64,000 nucleotides of DNA. Origin: Camelus dromedarius. Taxonomy: Eukaryota. The notes under the pieces are model-generated. The model was not told the origin of the DNA and ran no database searches. It saw only the letters and a list, made by a program, of their open reading frames with translations. Location of the stretch: positions 109,184,001 to 109,248,000 of the forward strand of contig NC_087436.1 in NCBI RefSeq assembly GCF_036321535.1, read 5' to 3'. Below are positions 51,691-64,000 of this stretch, in pieces. The position numbers were made by a program, and so were the translations under genes. The stretch's first letter is position 1. Each line of letters opens with the position of its first letter.

Positions 51691-53567
51691 CTCATCTTTT
51701 CCTTGATGATAATTTCAAAATCACCATGATAAGCTTGTTGATATTCCACCTGCCTTAACAATTTAAACTCACATCAAAATCAGACTCCCAACCTGATGAT
51801 AATAAACACCAGATTTCTAATCACTGCAGTAATCTGCGGCCCACAATTAATTGTTTGCATTAACAACAGAGTGGACACATGCCTTAAACATGTGGCAATG
51901 CACCCCTGCTTTCTGCTTCCGCTTGGCTCCCAATACTCTATGTGATCAAGCCAGTCTGATCACTTTATGATACCTGAGATATATCTGAACGAAAAAAAAT
52001 TCCATCAGCAATTGACAAGCAGATCCAATGATCTACCCCGAGGGATACTTTGGCTTACGACATAGAAGGAAAGAGAATGGGAAGAAATACATCTGATTTT
52101 TTTGACTGATGATTAATTTCTTAACCTCAGAAACAACATAATGAATGAATCCAAATTAGTACGTCAACCATGAGTCATACAGGCATTTAAAACTAAAAAT
52201 GGACATTATGAGTAATCTTAAAATGCATTTCTGCAGCAACTACAATTCATGCATCTGTAGAAGCAATTATTTAAATAAATACGTTAGAGACAAGTATCAA
52301 ATACACTTGAATGTACATGATATGATAGAGAAGTTCCAATATCTAGTAACCAGTTTAACCATGTGATCTATCAACAGAGAGTTGTCAGAGGGTGTGTTGT
52401 CGGCAATATTAATACCGCACAATTAGAATTACTAACAATCTGAGTTGGAAAGTAAGCAGGGAAGAGAGAAAACAGTTAGGAGAGAAAAGTCTAACAAATT
52501 TTAAACGTAGGTAAGACACAACTGATGATAATATGCCTTTTAAACACTGCAGAGCACACGTTTCCTTTCTTGTCCTGTATCCCAAACCAATAATTTTTTC
52601 CTACATCTAACAGAAGAAAAGGACTGAACACCACCTAGTGCCATTTTTATAAAGAATCTTTTTAAAGCTAGTAATGGTATATGGGTATCACGGGGTGGCA
52701 GGTATTTAACTCACGCACGATGATATAATATTTCCATTTTATACTTCAAAATCAGGATTTGAACTAATAGTGGAAAATTATATCAAAGATATCTTCAATT
52801 CTTATTTGCTGTTAAAGTGACTGTGCTGTACTTCAAAGAGAAAATGACTTGATAGCAAAGTCAAGTAATACCAGCTGTATTGAGGATCATTAGACATCAT
52901 ACCAATTTTATATTCCCCAAACCTCTTGAAGTTAACTCAAACCAAGGAAAAAAGAAATAATGATTACAACCTGTTACCTAACAACATTAACTTATTTTAA
53001 AATGTAATAAAAGCATCAATATTCCAAATCAAGGTATCTGACTTTCAACATTTCCCAACTGAAAGGGGTCGTGGAAATATGATGCAAACTTGTTGGGAAA
53101 AGAACCCAATCTCCAGACTGAGAGACCGTGGTAGACGTTCATTTTAAATATCCCCCATTAATATTATATCTTTCCAAAACACTGGTTTAACAAAATTTTA
53201 CATCCAGTTCACTTGAGAAGAAAATTTTTAACTTGTTTTAATGTGTAACAACAATTATAAAATTTTTGGAGAACTTTCTTCATTTTGTTTTAAATATGGC
53301 ATGCCCCATCGACTGGGGAGCTGTTTTCCTATTTTCAACATATATAAGATGATTCTTTCACTGAGAAGATTTTGAAAAGAAACACTAGTGGCTGGATTTC
53401 CTGAATCTTTAAGCCCTGGACGGGGAAGTATGGAAAGTGGCTGGAGAGCTTTGCACTGAAGGAGCGTTTCCAGGCAACTATGCACAGTCGAGCAGCCACA
53501 AGCAACTGAAACAATGCTTACCACTGGCAGAGATCCATTGAAGGGAAGTCTACAGAAATACACTGAG

Positions 53568-53569
<2 letters not shown>

Positions 53570-53604
<35 letters not shown>
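53570..53604. repeat. (TG)n microsatellite
   Basis: Directly visible. Confidence 0.95.
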
Positions 53605-53606
<2 letters not shown>

Positions 53607-55134
53607 CTCCTCTCTTTAAAAAACACACAGTTTAAATATGAGCTAGAGGAAATAATAAAGACAGAAATCCTGGAGAGAACCGGTCTAGAGAAAATCAGTA
53701 TATTCTCCATGTTCTTTTAATGGTTTTCAATGCCATGGACACTGCTTCAGGAATGTTAACCTATTTGTGTGACTAAAGCATTCACCTTCTTTCTTAGTTG
53801 TCAATTCATATTATGAATGCAGCCGGGGAGGCTGTGTATTACGGTGCTCTGATACATAACAAGGTGATGTGATCTTGCGCCACTGGTAACCTCAACTTTA
53901 GTTTGAAATGAAAACACACATTAAAGTCGATGATAGTTAAAGGATATCATATTGTGGGGTATTTGGCCGGGATGGAGAGGGAGCAGCAAAGTAGAAAAAT
54001 ACATAATGACGTGTACAGTCTTTCTCTAGTCTTTTGTAGCCTCATCCATCTGGGAAATCCAAATGTCTAGACACCAAATTTTAAACATAGCTTCTTATGC
54101 TAGCTTTTGTGCTTACACAGATCAACTCATGTTTGTTTCACTTAATGATCACAAGTTCCTGAACGTCATTCCAGAATAAAATACTCGTTAAAACAGAGAA
54201 TGAATATTGAAAAGATCCATATAACTTTGTGATCATGTAGCTGGATTCCTATTTATCCCTATCATTTGCAGCACTACCTGATCTGTGTATTTTAAACATA
54301 AATAGATTTCTTGCTTCTTAAAAGCCTCACTTTTATCAGTCAAATATTGGGTTTATAAGTTAAATGATAGTGGGTAATCAAAAAAAATAGTAATAATCAT
54401 AATAAAAGTGCATTGTTATCTCTTTCATTAGATATGTAAGGAAGATCTTCAGTGTGATAACAATCAGAGAAAAATAAAAGATAATACTTGATAGATAATC
54501 ATTCCCTCTTTAGCCTATTTACAGGTGGGAATCAGTCTGAAAGGACCACCCGGAATATTAGAAACAATGTAAAGTTTAGACTTCACTGACAAATCATGGA
54601 TTATACTGTCTTCTTAGAGTTGACATGTATTAGGAGACTAAATTTATGTTATAATTCAAAGGTTTCGTTGCACATGTGCTCCACACAAAGACCACCTGCA
54701 TTTGTTACAAAGAGCAGCAAATAAAACACAAGGTGTCTTTAGAAAAGGCCTTTTTAAAAAACTGTCATCTGTCATGAACACACACCTTGCAACCAAAAAC
54801 AACGGCAGTATATTCTTTTGGAGAGAATTCTACAAAAGGAAATGTGAGTAGTAATTAAACACGTCACTTTTTTTTTTCCCCCATTAAATGGAGTAAAACT
54901 AGCTTTCTGTCAAACTCTAACAAATTCAGAAAACCCTCAAAGGCACAAATTACCCCATTCAATGGCTTTGTAGTAAGAGAAACCTATAGAAGAAGGATCA
55001 ATTTACAGGCCATGGCCAAAGCTTTATCTGTTTGCTGGTAGAGGAGGTGTTAAGCAGTATGATTTAATATTCATTCAGCCGGAAGAAATGCATTACGCAT
55101 TGAAGCTATGTACAAGGTTGATAATTACACACCT

Positions 55135-55148
55135 GTTGCCATGGCAAT
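55135..55148. promoter_or_regulatory. RFX X-box motif
   Basis: GTTGCCATGGCAAT is a 13/14 match to the palindromic consensus GTTGCCATGGCAAC, in repeat-free sequence. Confidence 0.55.
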
Positions 55149-58100
55149 TTTGGAAGCTGCAGTGGATGTAATTAAAATTCCAAACTCATAAAATCACCTT
55201 GCCAAAACTTGATAGCTTCAATCAGCTCAAAAATTAGGAAAAGGTCTTTCTCATTATTTTAAACAATAATTGACAAAATGAGGAAGAGTTAAAAAGAACA
55301 TATAAGGTGCTACTCTCTGTTGCTTTTGCTCTTCTTTCTCTCTCTCTCCTCTGCCTCCCTCACACACAGACGCACACTCCACATGTGAAATTTTTTTGGA
55401 AGTTTTTTTTCTTTGAAATCCTGACAATAATTATATTAATTCTGTTATCATATTTCAGCAGATGGTGACAATATACCATTAGGTTTGGTAGGCTTTGCTC
55501 ACTGAGATCAATTTCTATAGTTTCCTCTACCATTTAACCATTTAGATTGTTTGCAAACACTCCTTAATAAAGAGTAAAGACATTTATAGCATGCTGTGCT
55601 CATTCGCGCAAAAATAGCCCTAGGTTTTTTTTTTTCTTTCAGTCATATGAGATACCTTCCTGAGCCTTTCCAAGCACATGCCATAGAGAAAAGGGTTATA
55701 TATTTTTTGTTTTGAACAGTCACCAAAACTTTGGAACAATTTTAGTGCCCTTAAAAATGTGCATGGTGATTGCACAGTTGGATGAGAATTTTGTGCCCTT
55801 GGTCATCCAATCAGTTTGGGACCCAGATTAGGACTGTCAAGTTGTGTCAGGACTTTGCAGTGACTGCTCACTAGAGTGCCTTTAATCCTCCAAGGTTTTC
55901 TCAAATGTCACAGCCATCTGGAGGAAAAGGAGCTTCCCTGCTGGGCTCCACTGACCACAAATTACTTTCTAAAGAGAAAGACAACAATGGAAAGCAGTTA
56001 ATAAATATTTGATTTTTTTTTCCAGAAAGGGAAGGTAAAACACTACCTTCCTATCTTAATTTAGCATTAGATGTTTTTATACGATACACAAAAAATGAGA
56101 AAATCATGCTTGCCTGGCATTTAATTTGAAGACAAATACAAAAATTCATTACCAAATTAAAGAAACACTTGAGAGGATATTTGAGTAACTGCTAATGTAG
56201 TGCTCACTTTTCTTTGCAGTTTCTTCTGGTTTTAGAAGAGCTAACCATTTAATCCCATGCAAGGAACAGGATTATTTTTAAGTTACAAAAAGTACACATT
56301 ATTCTGTGGTCCCATCTATTTCTGAAGTTGAACGTGCAGAGTTACTGAAATCTTAGTAACTTGAGTTTAGAATAAGCTAAAGTACAGTGCAACGTTTCTT
56401 CAGAATCCCCACTGCAAGTTCTAAAAAGAAATCTGGTTCTAGTTTCCTCGTTGGAGGATATGACTGTAATCCTCTTCTCTAAGGAAAGTCACTTCCTTGT
56501 CTGGCACAAAAAAGACTGGGAAACCAGCTGCGCTCTCTTTTAAGGGACACTATTTGCAGCTGCATTCAGGATCCGTAAGGTTCTGACGTCCTTACCTGTG
56601 CAGCTCTCCAAATGCAAGAAAAAACATCCATAATACAGGGTTGTTAAATACTCGTATACGGTACAGTAAACAATACACATATCTGTTCTCAGTTAAAATG
56701 CTTTTTTATTATTAAAAGTTATGCATTATTTGCATTGGCTCCTGCCTTGGTGGTTATGCAGTCTGTAAAAAAATCTTTTACAACATGTCTGGATACAGTT
56801 AAAAGTTTTATTATATCACAAGCTTAATTCTATTGTCATTATACTTGGTTTTTTTAAGACGCCTTTTGAAAGTATCGTCTTTAAGTTCAAAACAAAATAA
56901 TCGAACTTTGCACCAATTTCACAATGTCGTCGTGCTTTAAAATAAAGTTTTCTTTTTTCCTGTAAAGTTAAAACTTGAATTCTCATGAAAGCCTAAGGTT
57001 TTACCTTTGCCAGGTGTTAATTCTCTTTCAGAAGGCATGTAACTGCATGGCTGCAAAAATGCACCTCAAATCTGAATCAATATACACTTAACTTTCCTAC
57101 TATAATAGCTCTAGTCAAAATAGGCTAGAATCTAGAACAAAGGCAGGATGTAACATACTCTGACAACTCATCTGATGCTTCTCCCAGTTACCTAACTTCT
57201 ATATTCAAATGGCATCTCCCGATTATACAGCAGTAGATTTCATAAAGGTGTTTCCTACATAATATTTTTTCTGTATTACTGTAAATTTATTTACCAAATA
57301 CTTCTTAAAAGGCAAAACACTGATAGCTATGAAATTAACCTGCTTCGAGAATTAGGAAATTTGAAGATCCAAGTTAATTTTTCCTTTCCAACAGCCAAAA
57401 TAGTCAGTATTGTTTATCCAATTTGATATATGTATATGTCCAAAATCTCTAGCCTTGGTGATTAATACTTAATATGCGTTAACAAAGTGCTCTACTTTTT
57501 AGCTTGTATTAATCTGAGTGAAAAAGTATCCTAACTCTTAATAATAAACACCAGGGAAATGATAACAAAATGCCAGTTAAACCATGGGCATAAAATATAC
57601 ACACTAGATCCGTAATAGGAAAAAATGAAAGGTGAGAAGTGGCTTCTCCTCTGCACAACCAGCAGGAGTGACAGGATCAGCAGACCATGAGTAGAGCTAT
57701 GCAGTGAGCTATGGAGAGGATTTGAAGTTCAGTAAGTGACACGTTAAGTACTGCTATCACACAGTTGTTCCATCAATCATTGCCATGCTAAGAGAAAAAT
57801 GACTGTACAAAAGAAAAATCACATACATAGAGGCATACAGCACTGACATTTTGCAGACACAGAGCAAGAGTGTCTTCAACAAGCAACAGATGCAGTGTCA
57901 TTCTCGTTCTATAAAAGACATTCAAATATCTGCATGATAAAAAAACACAAATGAAACCCAGGAATGAGACTGTCACATGTCAATCATGAATAAATAAATG
58001 CTGTGACAAGAAGTAAGAAAAGCTGTCAGCGACCCCCACCAGAAAGACAATCATCACAACACAAGCTGCATGATCGTTTATGAAACTCTGTTGACATTCA

Positions 58101-59524
58101 CGATCACAAACAAACTCAGCTGCCCAGGCAGGAGTACTGCTCAACACCTCATTAGGGCACCTTTGTTTACGCGATGTGATGAAGACTCACAGACGCTCAT
58201 TACTAACACACGTCCTAAAATACCACAGAGTCAAAAATTCATGTCATAGCCAAGCAGTGTTCATGCCATTTAAGAAACAAACATCAAACCTCAAAAATAA
58301 ACATGGACAATGATACCATGCTTCCAAGTATGCTACTACAAATGATTACAATGTTGTGCTAATACTTTTCAAACATTTCGTTGCAGTAATAAAAGATTTT
58401 AAAAGTAGAACCTAACAGAAAGAAAAAATAAGCACTCTAACATTATGTTGTTTTCATAAATAAAAGTTGAAATTATGTGGATATTCAAAGAGTGAAAAAA
58501 AGTTAAAAAAAAAAAAGAATAAAACAATATAGTATTCTGTAGAAACTGAATACCCATTAGTAGCTTTTGCTTTTTAACTTTAAAAATTAAACATTCACAT
58601 AACAGTGGTGCACCTAATATACTCAATACATTTTAATTTTTGGACTATGGGAAGAGGTTGAAACAGAAGTGATTCTGCACAGTCAGTAGGAGCAACAGTC
58701 TCATGAGATGATGAGTAATAGATGAGCTACAGTGAGACAGTGATGATAGAATCCCATTATATCTCAGGCATGAACTAGGCAGATAGAAAGATTATTGACT
58801 CTAGTAAAATGAAAGCTTGCACATGCTTTGGAAAATCTGGTTCCAGGCTACACTTAAGTTATTTAAAAAATCAGTCTGGAAGATATTGACTCTACAGCAT
58901 TAAAACAACAAACAAGCTAAAAGAAAGGCATAATCAATGAGAAAATACTCTATCAACTATTTTCAGGCAGAAACAATCACTTCAAGCTCAAAAGCAAATG
59001 CTCTGCTCAGTCCTTATTAATTAAGCTCTGGTACACATGGTTAAATTTAAAGGAACAAAGTTTAAAACTTCAGAGAGTTTAACCACGTTATTGAAAAATA
59101 CATGATACCCACCTCCCAGTTATTTAAGCCAGTATCTGAACAATCCAGAGATTGTTTAGAAGATAAAAACACCACTATCGGTGCAGTTTATTTTAAATGC
59201 AAATACAAAATAAAATGCAAATACCGAGATAAGTTACTCCATGGAGGACATCAATCAGACAGATTCAGGACTCATAAGATCAAAGAGTAACAGCGTGTAC
59301 TGTGAAGCTGTGTGGTAGCTGAGTAGTGACAGGACATTTTACTCTCGAGGAGAAGGTAAAGGTGCACAGTACCACCTTAGAGCTCTCTGGGTCCAGATGC
59401 AGAAGGAACCAGACCTCTATGCTAAGACTGCCCACCAGCCAAGACCTCTTACCTAATTTCAACCCAGATGGCCAACATTTGATTCTCTGTTCCTACATAG
59501 ATGTCTAATAGGAAATTCAAATAC

Positions 59525-60170
59525 AAAATTTCTAAAACGATGGTATGTGCACCAAGGCAACTTGGGGAATTCAAAGGGGCTGCCATGATATTTTAAAATT
59601 TCTAGAGCAGCAGAGCAATACTCAGCATCGATTGGAGACCACACCAACGATTAGCTTAAGGCAGTGCACAGTTCCAAGAAATATGGTGCTCACACTACAT
59701 TCCCTTTGATGACATCACAGTTTTGTAAAGCTGGGGTTATAGGGATTGCCAAATCTTAAGGAAAAAAAAGGGGGAATTACTGCACAAAAAATTAGTGTAG
59801 AACAGGAAATGAGGGTGGCATTATCCAATCTTAACCTGAGGTCAAGAAACTCTGTGTGGAGCCCAACAAGTGCACACATCCCTTGAGGAGGGGATTGTAG
59901 TTACTTAAGAATGAAACAGAAACAGTAGTTTTCTTTTAATTTATATGTACTATTTTATCAAACAGCTACCTAATGGCTGGGACATAAATCTTATTAAGTT
60001 GTTTGGATTTAACTACTTAATAAACAGAACTCTAGTAAGTTGTTAGAATAGAAACCCTTATTAAGTTATTAAGACCTAACTACCAAATGAATTAACTGTT
60101 AGGTGCTTCTTTTGGACTAGAGCTCCATGAAAAAAATTCCTAAGAAATTAAGAACACTTGGAAAGCTCTG
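59525..60170. mobile_element. hAT-Charlie DNA transposon relic (Charlie4/MER80-like)
   Basis: gaacaggaaatgagggtggca...cccaacaagtgcacacatccc...ggacataaatcttattaagttgtttgga...tggaaagctctg. Confidence 0.7.
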
Positions 60171-60214
60171 GTATACATTCAGTCACTGCATACAGCAGAA
60201 ATCAAATCACCTTT

Positions 60215-60605
60215 TTAGTTCAGTTTCCTGAGTTTTTCCCTTGGGATTGGTACACTTTCCCCAATGTCAGTCCAAGTACTTCAGGTGGAGTTGACTCTAC
60301 TACTGATTCCAGGAACAGAAAAACTCAAGCCAAGCTAACTGGAACATCGCAGTCCTTCTGACCCAGTGATTTATTCAGAAGCAGACGTATGACTCAACTG
60401 GAGCCAGTGCAATGCCATGAGACTTTTCACAGAGGCTGTTGGAAAAGAGGCCAGGAATTTACTTCTACCAAACTTGAACTTGGGAGGATGTGCTCCCAGA
60501 GCTGCAGAAGGATACTATGTGAAGCCAGGAAGTGAAGCCAACATAGGAAGGTCAAAGCTGGAGACAAAGGCAAACCACCTCCTAATGACAGAGTTGGAAC
60601 ACCTA
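60215..60605 (+). mobile_element. ERVL LTR (LTR16-like)
   Basis: ccagtgatttattcag, aagtgaagccaacataggaagg. Confidence 0.6.
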
Positions 60606-60691
60606 TGTTGCAGTCACCTGGGACCACAAGTTCAACATGACATAATATTGCCTTATTCCTTCCGTATGCAGCACAGTGGATGTCGCTGAGA

Positions 60692-60848
60692 ACCTTGCTA
60701 CCTATAATACTGTCCATGAACTAGAAGCACGGGCACCATTGGGAAGCTTGTAATAAACGCAGAATCCTGGGACTCATCTAAACCTAACGTATGAGAACCT
60801 GCATTTTAACAGGTGATTTGGATGCACATTAAAGTTTGAGAAGTTGTG
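60692..60848 (+). mobile_element. MER5-family hAT MITE
   Basis: gggaagcttgtaataaacgcagaatc...cctgcattttaaca...gatgcacattaaagtttgagaa. Confidence 0.8.
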
Positions 60849-61919
60849 AATTAGGAAAAAAAAAAACTTAATAAAAGTAAGTGAATAAATAAAAAGTCAC
60901 CACTGGCACTACTTTTGTGCAGAACCTCAATTTTCTTGATTGGATACACCAAGAGCATCTTAACTCTTCTCTTTCAGAGACTTGTGCCCACTCAAATCCA
61001 GCGTTCATATTATAACAGCAGTACTTTTTCCCTCTAAAACACAAATCTGTTTATGAAACGCTACAGCTTTTAATCCTTCAATGGCTCCCCAAAGGCTTAG
61101 AGAATAAAATCCAGAGTATATAAAAAGACCCCACCACAAATGCCCAACTGCGAATCCATTTCTCTCCTTTCATCGTGGGCATTGCTGCATCTGCCTTGTC
61201 AGACTTGTAGTTATACACTCTGCATCATCTCCATATGCCATTCTTTCTCTTTAGAAGTTCCCCCACTCCCACTTTTGCTCACTCAGTTCTCTCACATTCT
61301 ATTTAGTTGCCTCACTTGTCCTAAAAGAACCAGAGGCTGGCAAAATCGTAAATGGCATAGGCTTTGAGTTCATCCTGATGTTTCTCACGCAGATAGTCTA
61401 TAAAAGTCATAACCTTTAAGAATTCTAGATACATCTGCTACTCAAATTTGAATGAACTGAATGGGCATTTCACATTTTGACTCATTTTTGGTGAACTATG
61501 TTTATGCCTGCAATCTGGAGACAAAATGCCACACTACAGAGTAAGGTAAAGAATAAAGGCTTCTTAAGCAGGCACTAAAACATTTGGCAAAGTGAACTGC
61601 ACAGCTAGACTAGTATATGGTATCATGAAAAGTACTTGAAATCTGAGGTTGGATGGATGTGGGCTTGAAACCTGCCTCTTCTACCTAACGAATGAGCAGT
61701 CCTGAGATACAGTTTCCTAGTGTTCAGTAAAATGTGAATAACATCTTGCTGACACATAAGTGTCATTCCTCTTCCTTTTCATTACCATCCCCCACTTGGT
61801 TACTAATCCAACTAATTTTCTCATTTTTTTCTAAAGGAGAATTACTATCTTCTGCCTACATATTTGTTGCAGTATAGTTTATACAGAGCTCTTCACATCT
61901 CAGGAAGTTTGAGTCATAA

Positions 61920-62133
61920 CAGTGACTCATTACCAAAGATCATTTTGTCTCCCCAGGAGATATCTGGCAGTGTCTGGAGACAATTTTGATGGTCACAAGT
62001 GGGGGATGCTACTGGCATCTATTTGGTAGAGGCCAGCAATGCTGCTAAACCTTCTACAACAGACAGGATAGCCACTCATAACAAAGACTCATCTGGTCCA
62101 AGGTGTCAATAGTGCTGAGGCTGAGAAATCTTG
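61920..62133 (+). mobile_element. MER20 hAT MITE
   Basis: ggcagtgtctggagacaattttg...gatgctactggcatcta...gtcaatagtgctgaggctgagaaa. Confidence 0.9.
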
Positions 62134-62749
62134 AGTTACAGGAGCATTGGCAGAATTTGTAGACTTCTTGCTACTAGGTTTGTCTCCGTCCAGGAAGCTG
62201 GCTCCATCAAGCTAGGAGAAACCGGATCAAGGGCAGTCACATAGGAAGAAGAATTGATTCCAGACGAGGAGAGGGCCAAAGGTCCTTAAAACACCCATAG
62301 GGAGTAGCAGGACCTCTGCAGGGAAAAGGTCCAAGTATGCAAAAGGATGCTGGCCCAGGACACTTAAGATCTCAGACTTGGCAAAAATTGCTGTGCCCCA
62401 ATTAAAGCACAGAGCCAAAGAGCAAAGGAGCCACAGGTTTTCAAGGACTCATGGGGATTTTGGAAGAAAACACATCAGAGTGACCTAGAGGAACTAAAGA
62501 GAGTGGTCCTGGTACTATTTTCTTGGTAGTGCCTAATACCTTCAATTTTTATAGGATCCTGGGGGATGTCAACATGACAGATTTAAGTTTCCGCCTGCCT
62601 TGTGGAATGTGGATTTAAAATCAAATGTAATTTGATTTATATGATAGATAGTGTTATTTCCTACAAAAATTAGTAAAACACTATCCACATCCCCTGCGCA
62701 GTCCACAAACAATAACTGATGGTAGATGCCACCAATATAAACCCTCCCA

Positions 62750-63860
62750 AGATGAATCTGCAGTATGTGTAGAGCACCTATTATATTCTTGGCAAGGTAG
62801 GCATTACAGGAAATGAAATTAACCATGGTTCCCTGCCTTCCAAAAATGTATTATAGCAGAGAAGGGGAAGAAAAAAAAGCTCTCCTGTCTGAACAAAAGA
62901 AAAGAAGAGAAAATTATTTGAAAGATACTGTTTTAAGATGGAAGCTAGGGGTTATCAGCAGTGTCTACCAACCCGCAGGTTAAGCAGGATTAGTAAGATT
63001 AAAGGTTCTTCTGTTTGGTTAGATGGAGGTCAAGGGCGACCATTCAGAAAATGATTCACTAGAGTGAATGGAATTTAAATCCCCAGGGTGTCAAGGAGGG
63101 AGACAAGAGAAGGATACAAACCAAGTGTGGGGAGTTTGGCAGGAAAAGGAAAAGGGAGAGGAAATGTTGACTATAGATCCACTCTCCCTGAAACAGATGG
63201 CTGTTCTATTAATTTAAACCCTCATATGCCAAGGTAATGTCACATTTTTTGCTAGTAATGTTGCAATGTAGGAGGAGTGTGGGAAGGAGAATATTATCAA
63301 AATACAATGAAAAGGTGGATAATACTCAAGAAAATTTCTCTAAGAATTCTTCCCAGATCACCCCAATGAGAACGAATATCCCTCCAAATCCCATAGCAGA
63401 TTGTTTATTTTCTCTTTATAGTACCTGTGTCATTGTTACCTTGATCAGAGGGGTGTCCCCTTGTGTCCGTCTACCCTGCCTGCTAGATTTTTTGTAAGCT
63501 ATAATGGAAGAAAGACCATAGATTTCTATCTTTGTGGTGTTGACTGTATTTAAAAAGATACTTTGCATAGACTAGGTCCTAAACAAAACAAAACAAAAAA
63601 GAAAGAAAAACAACACAGATTAGTGAACGAATATCAATGAAAAATTGTAGGAAAAGCTTAATGTTTCTGAAGGTCAAAATCATGATCAGGAACAGAGGGT
63701 TGACTGCTTTCCTAACATAAACATTTAAGCTTCTAATCATTAACCAGTCTTTCTGGAGGTAGACAGCCATGCCGTTGACAGTGTCTATATATGCGGCACC
63801 TGGGACAGTGACTACATGTAGTTGCTCAATAAAGATCTGCTGAGTGAGTGGATGAACAGT
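62750..63860. mobile_element. Scattered L2 fragments of both orientations
   Basis: Antisense tail (gagcacctattat...catggttccctgccttc) at ~62750-62860; sense tail gttgctcaataaagatctgctgagtgagtggatgaa at ~63820-63856. Confidence 0.6.
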
Positions 63861-64000
63861 AGGATTGACTCAAATGACCATAAGATACCTACATCAAAAG
63901 GTTCAAAAAGGACCAAATAGATCAATTAAACCAATGGTTTCATTTTAAAGCAGGATATTTAAATTTAGATTCTGGTCCTGGGTTTATTAGACTTCTGCTA

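Noticed and set aside
51942..51963. gtgatca-N8-tgatcac hairpin as a possible miRNA precursor
   Set aside because: The stem is only 7 bp and I recognised no known mature miRNA.
53255..53710. 151-aa minus-strand ORF
   Set aside because: It reads through a (CA)n microsatellite (THTHTH) and has no coding signature.
1..64000. CRISPR arrays, operons, rRNA or other prokaryote-type systems
   Set aside because: The sequence is mammalian and repeat-rich; there are no regularly spaced direct repeats or dense long ORFs.

Overview
Mammalian nuclear DNA, almost certainly camelid: two tRNA-Ala-derived Vic-1-like SINEs are present and no Alu, Bov-A/tA, PRE-1 or Can-SINE was seen. I cannot support any intact protein-coding gene. 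The supplied ORFs are mostly repeat-derived or chance frames, though several overlap the candidate exons below. Much of the window is interspersed repeat: L1 of several ages, L2, MIR, MaLR/ERVL/ERV1 LTRs and hAT MITEs. The main non-repeat signal is a chain of eight minus-strand exon-like segments between ~844 and ~25005. They have GT/AG boundaries, splice with compatible phases into a 1008-nt (336-codon) frame interrupted by five stops, and end in a C-terminal half that looks like a LamG/concanavalin-A jellyroll. This is a candidate decaying unitary pseudogene whose identity I cannot name. About 51.7-59.5 kb is strikingly transposon-poor and motif-rich (RFX X-box, TALE-homeodomain cluster, CTCF-like site), as expected for conserved enhancers. 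Repeat family names come from remembered consensus sequences and their boundaries are approximate. Splice-site and TSD coordinates were counted by hand.
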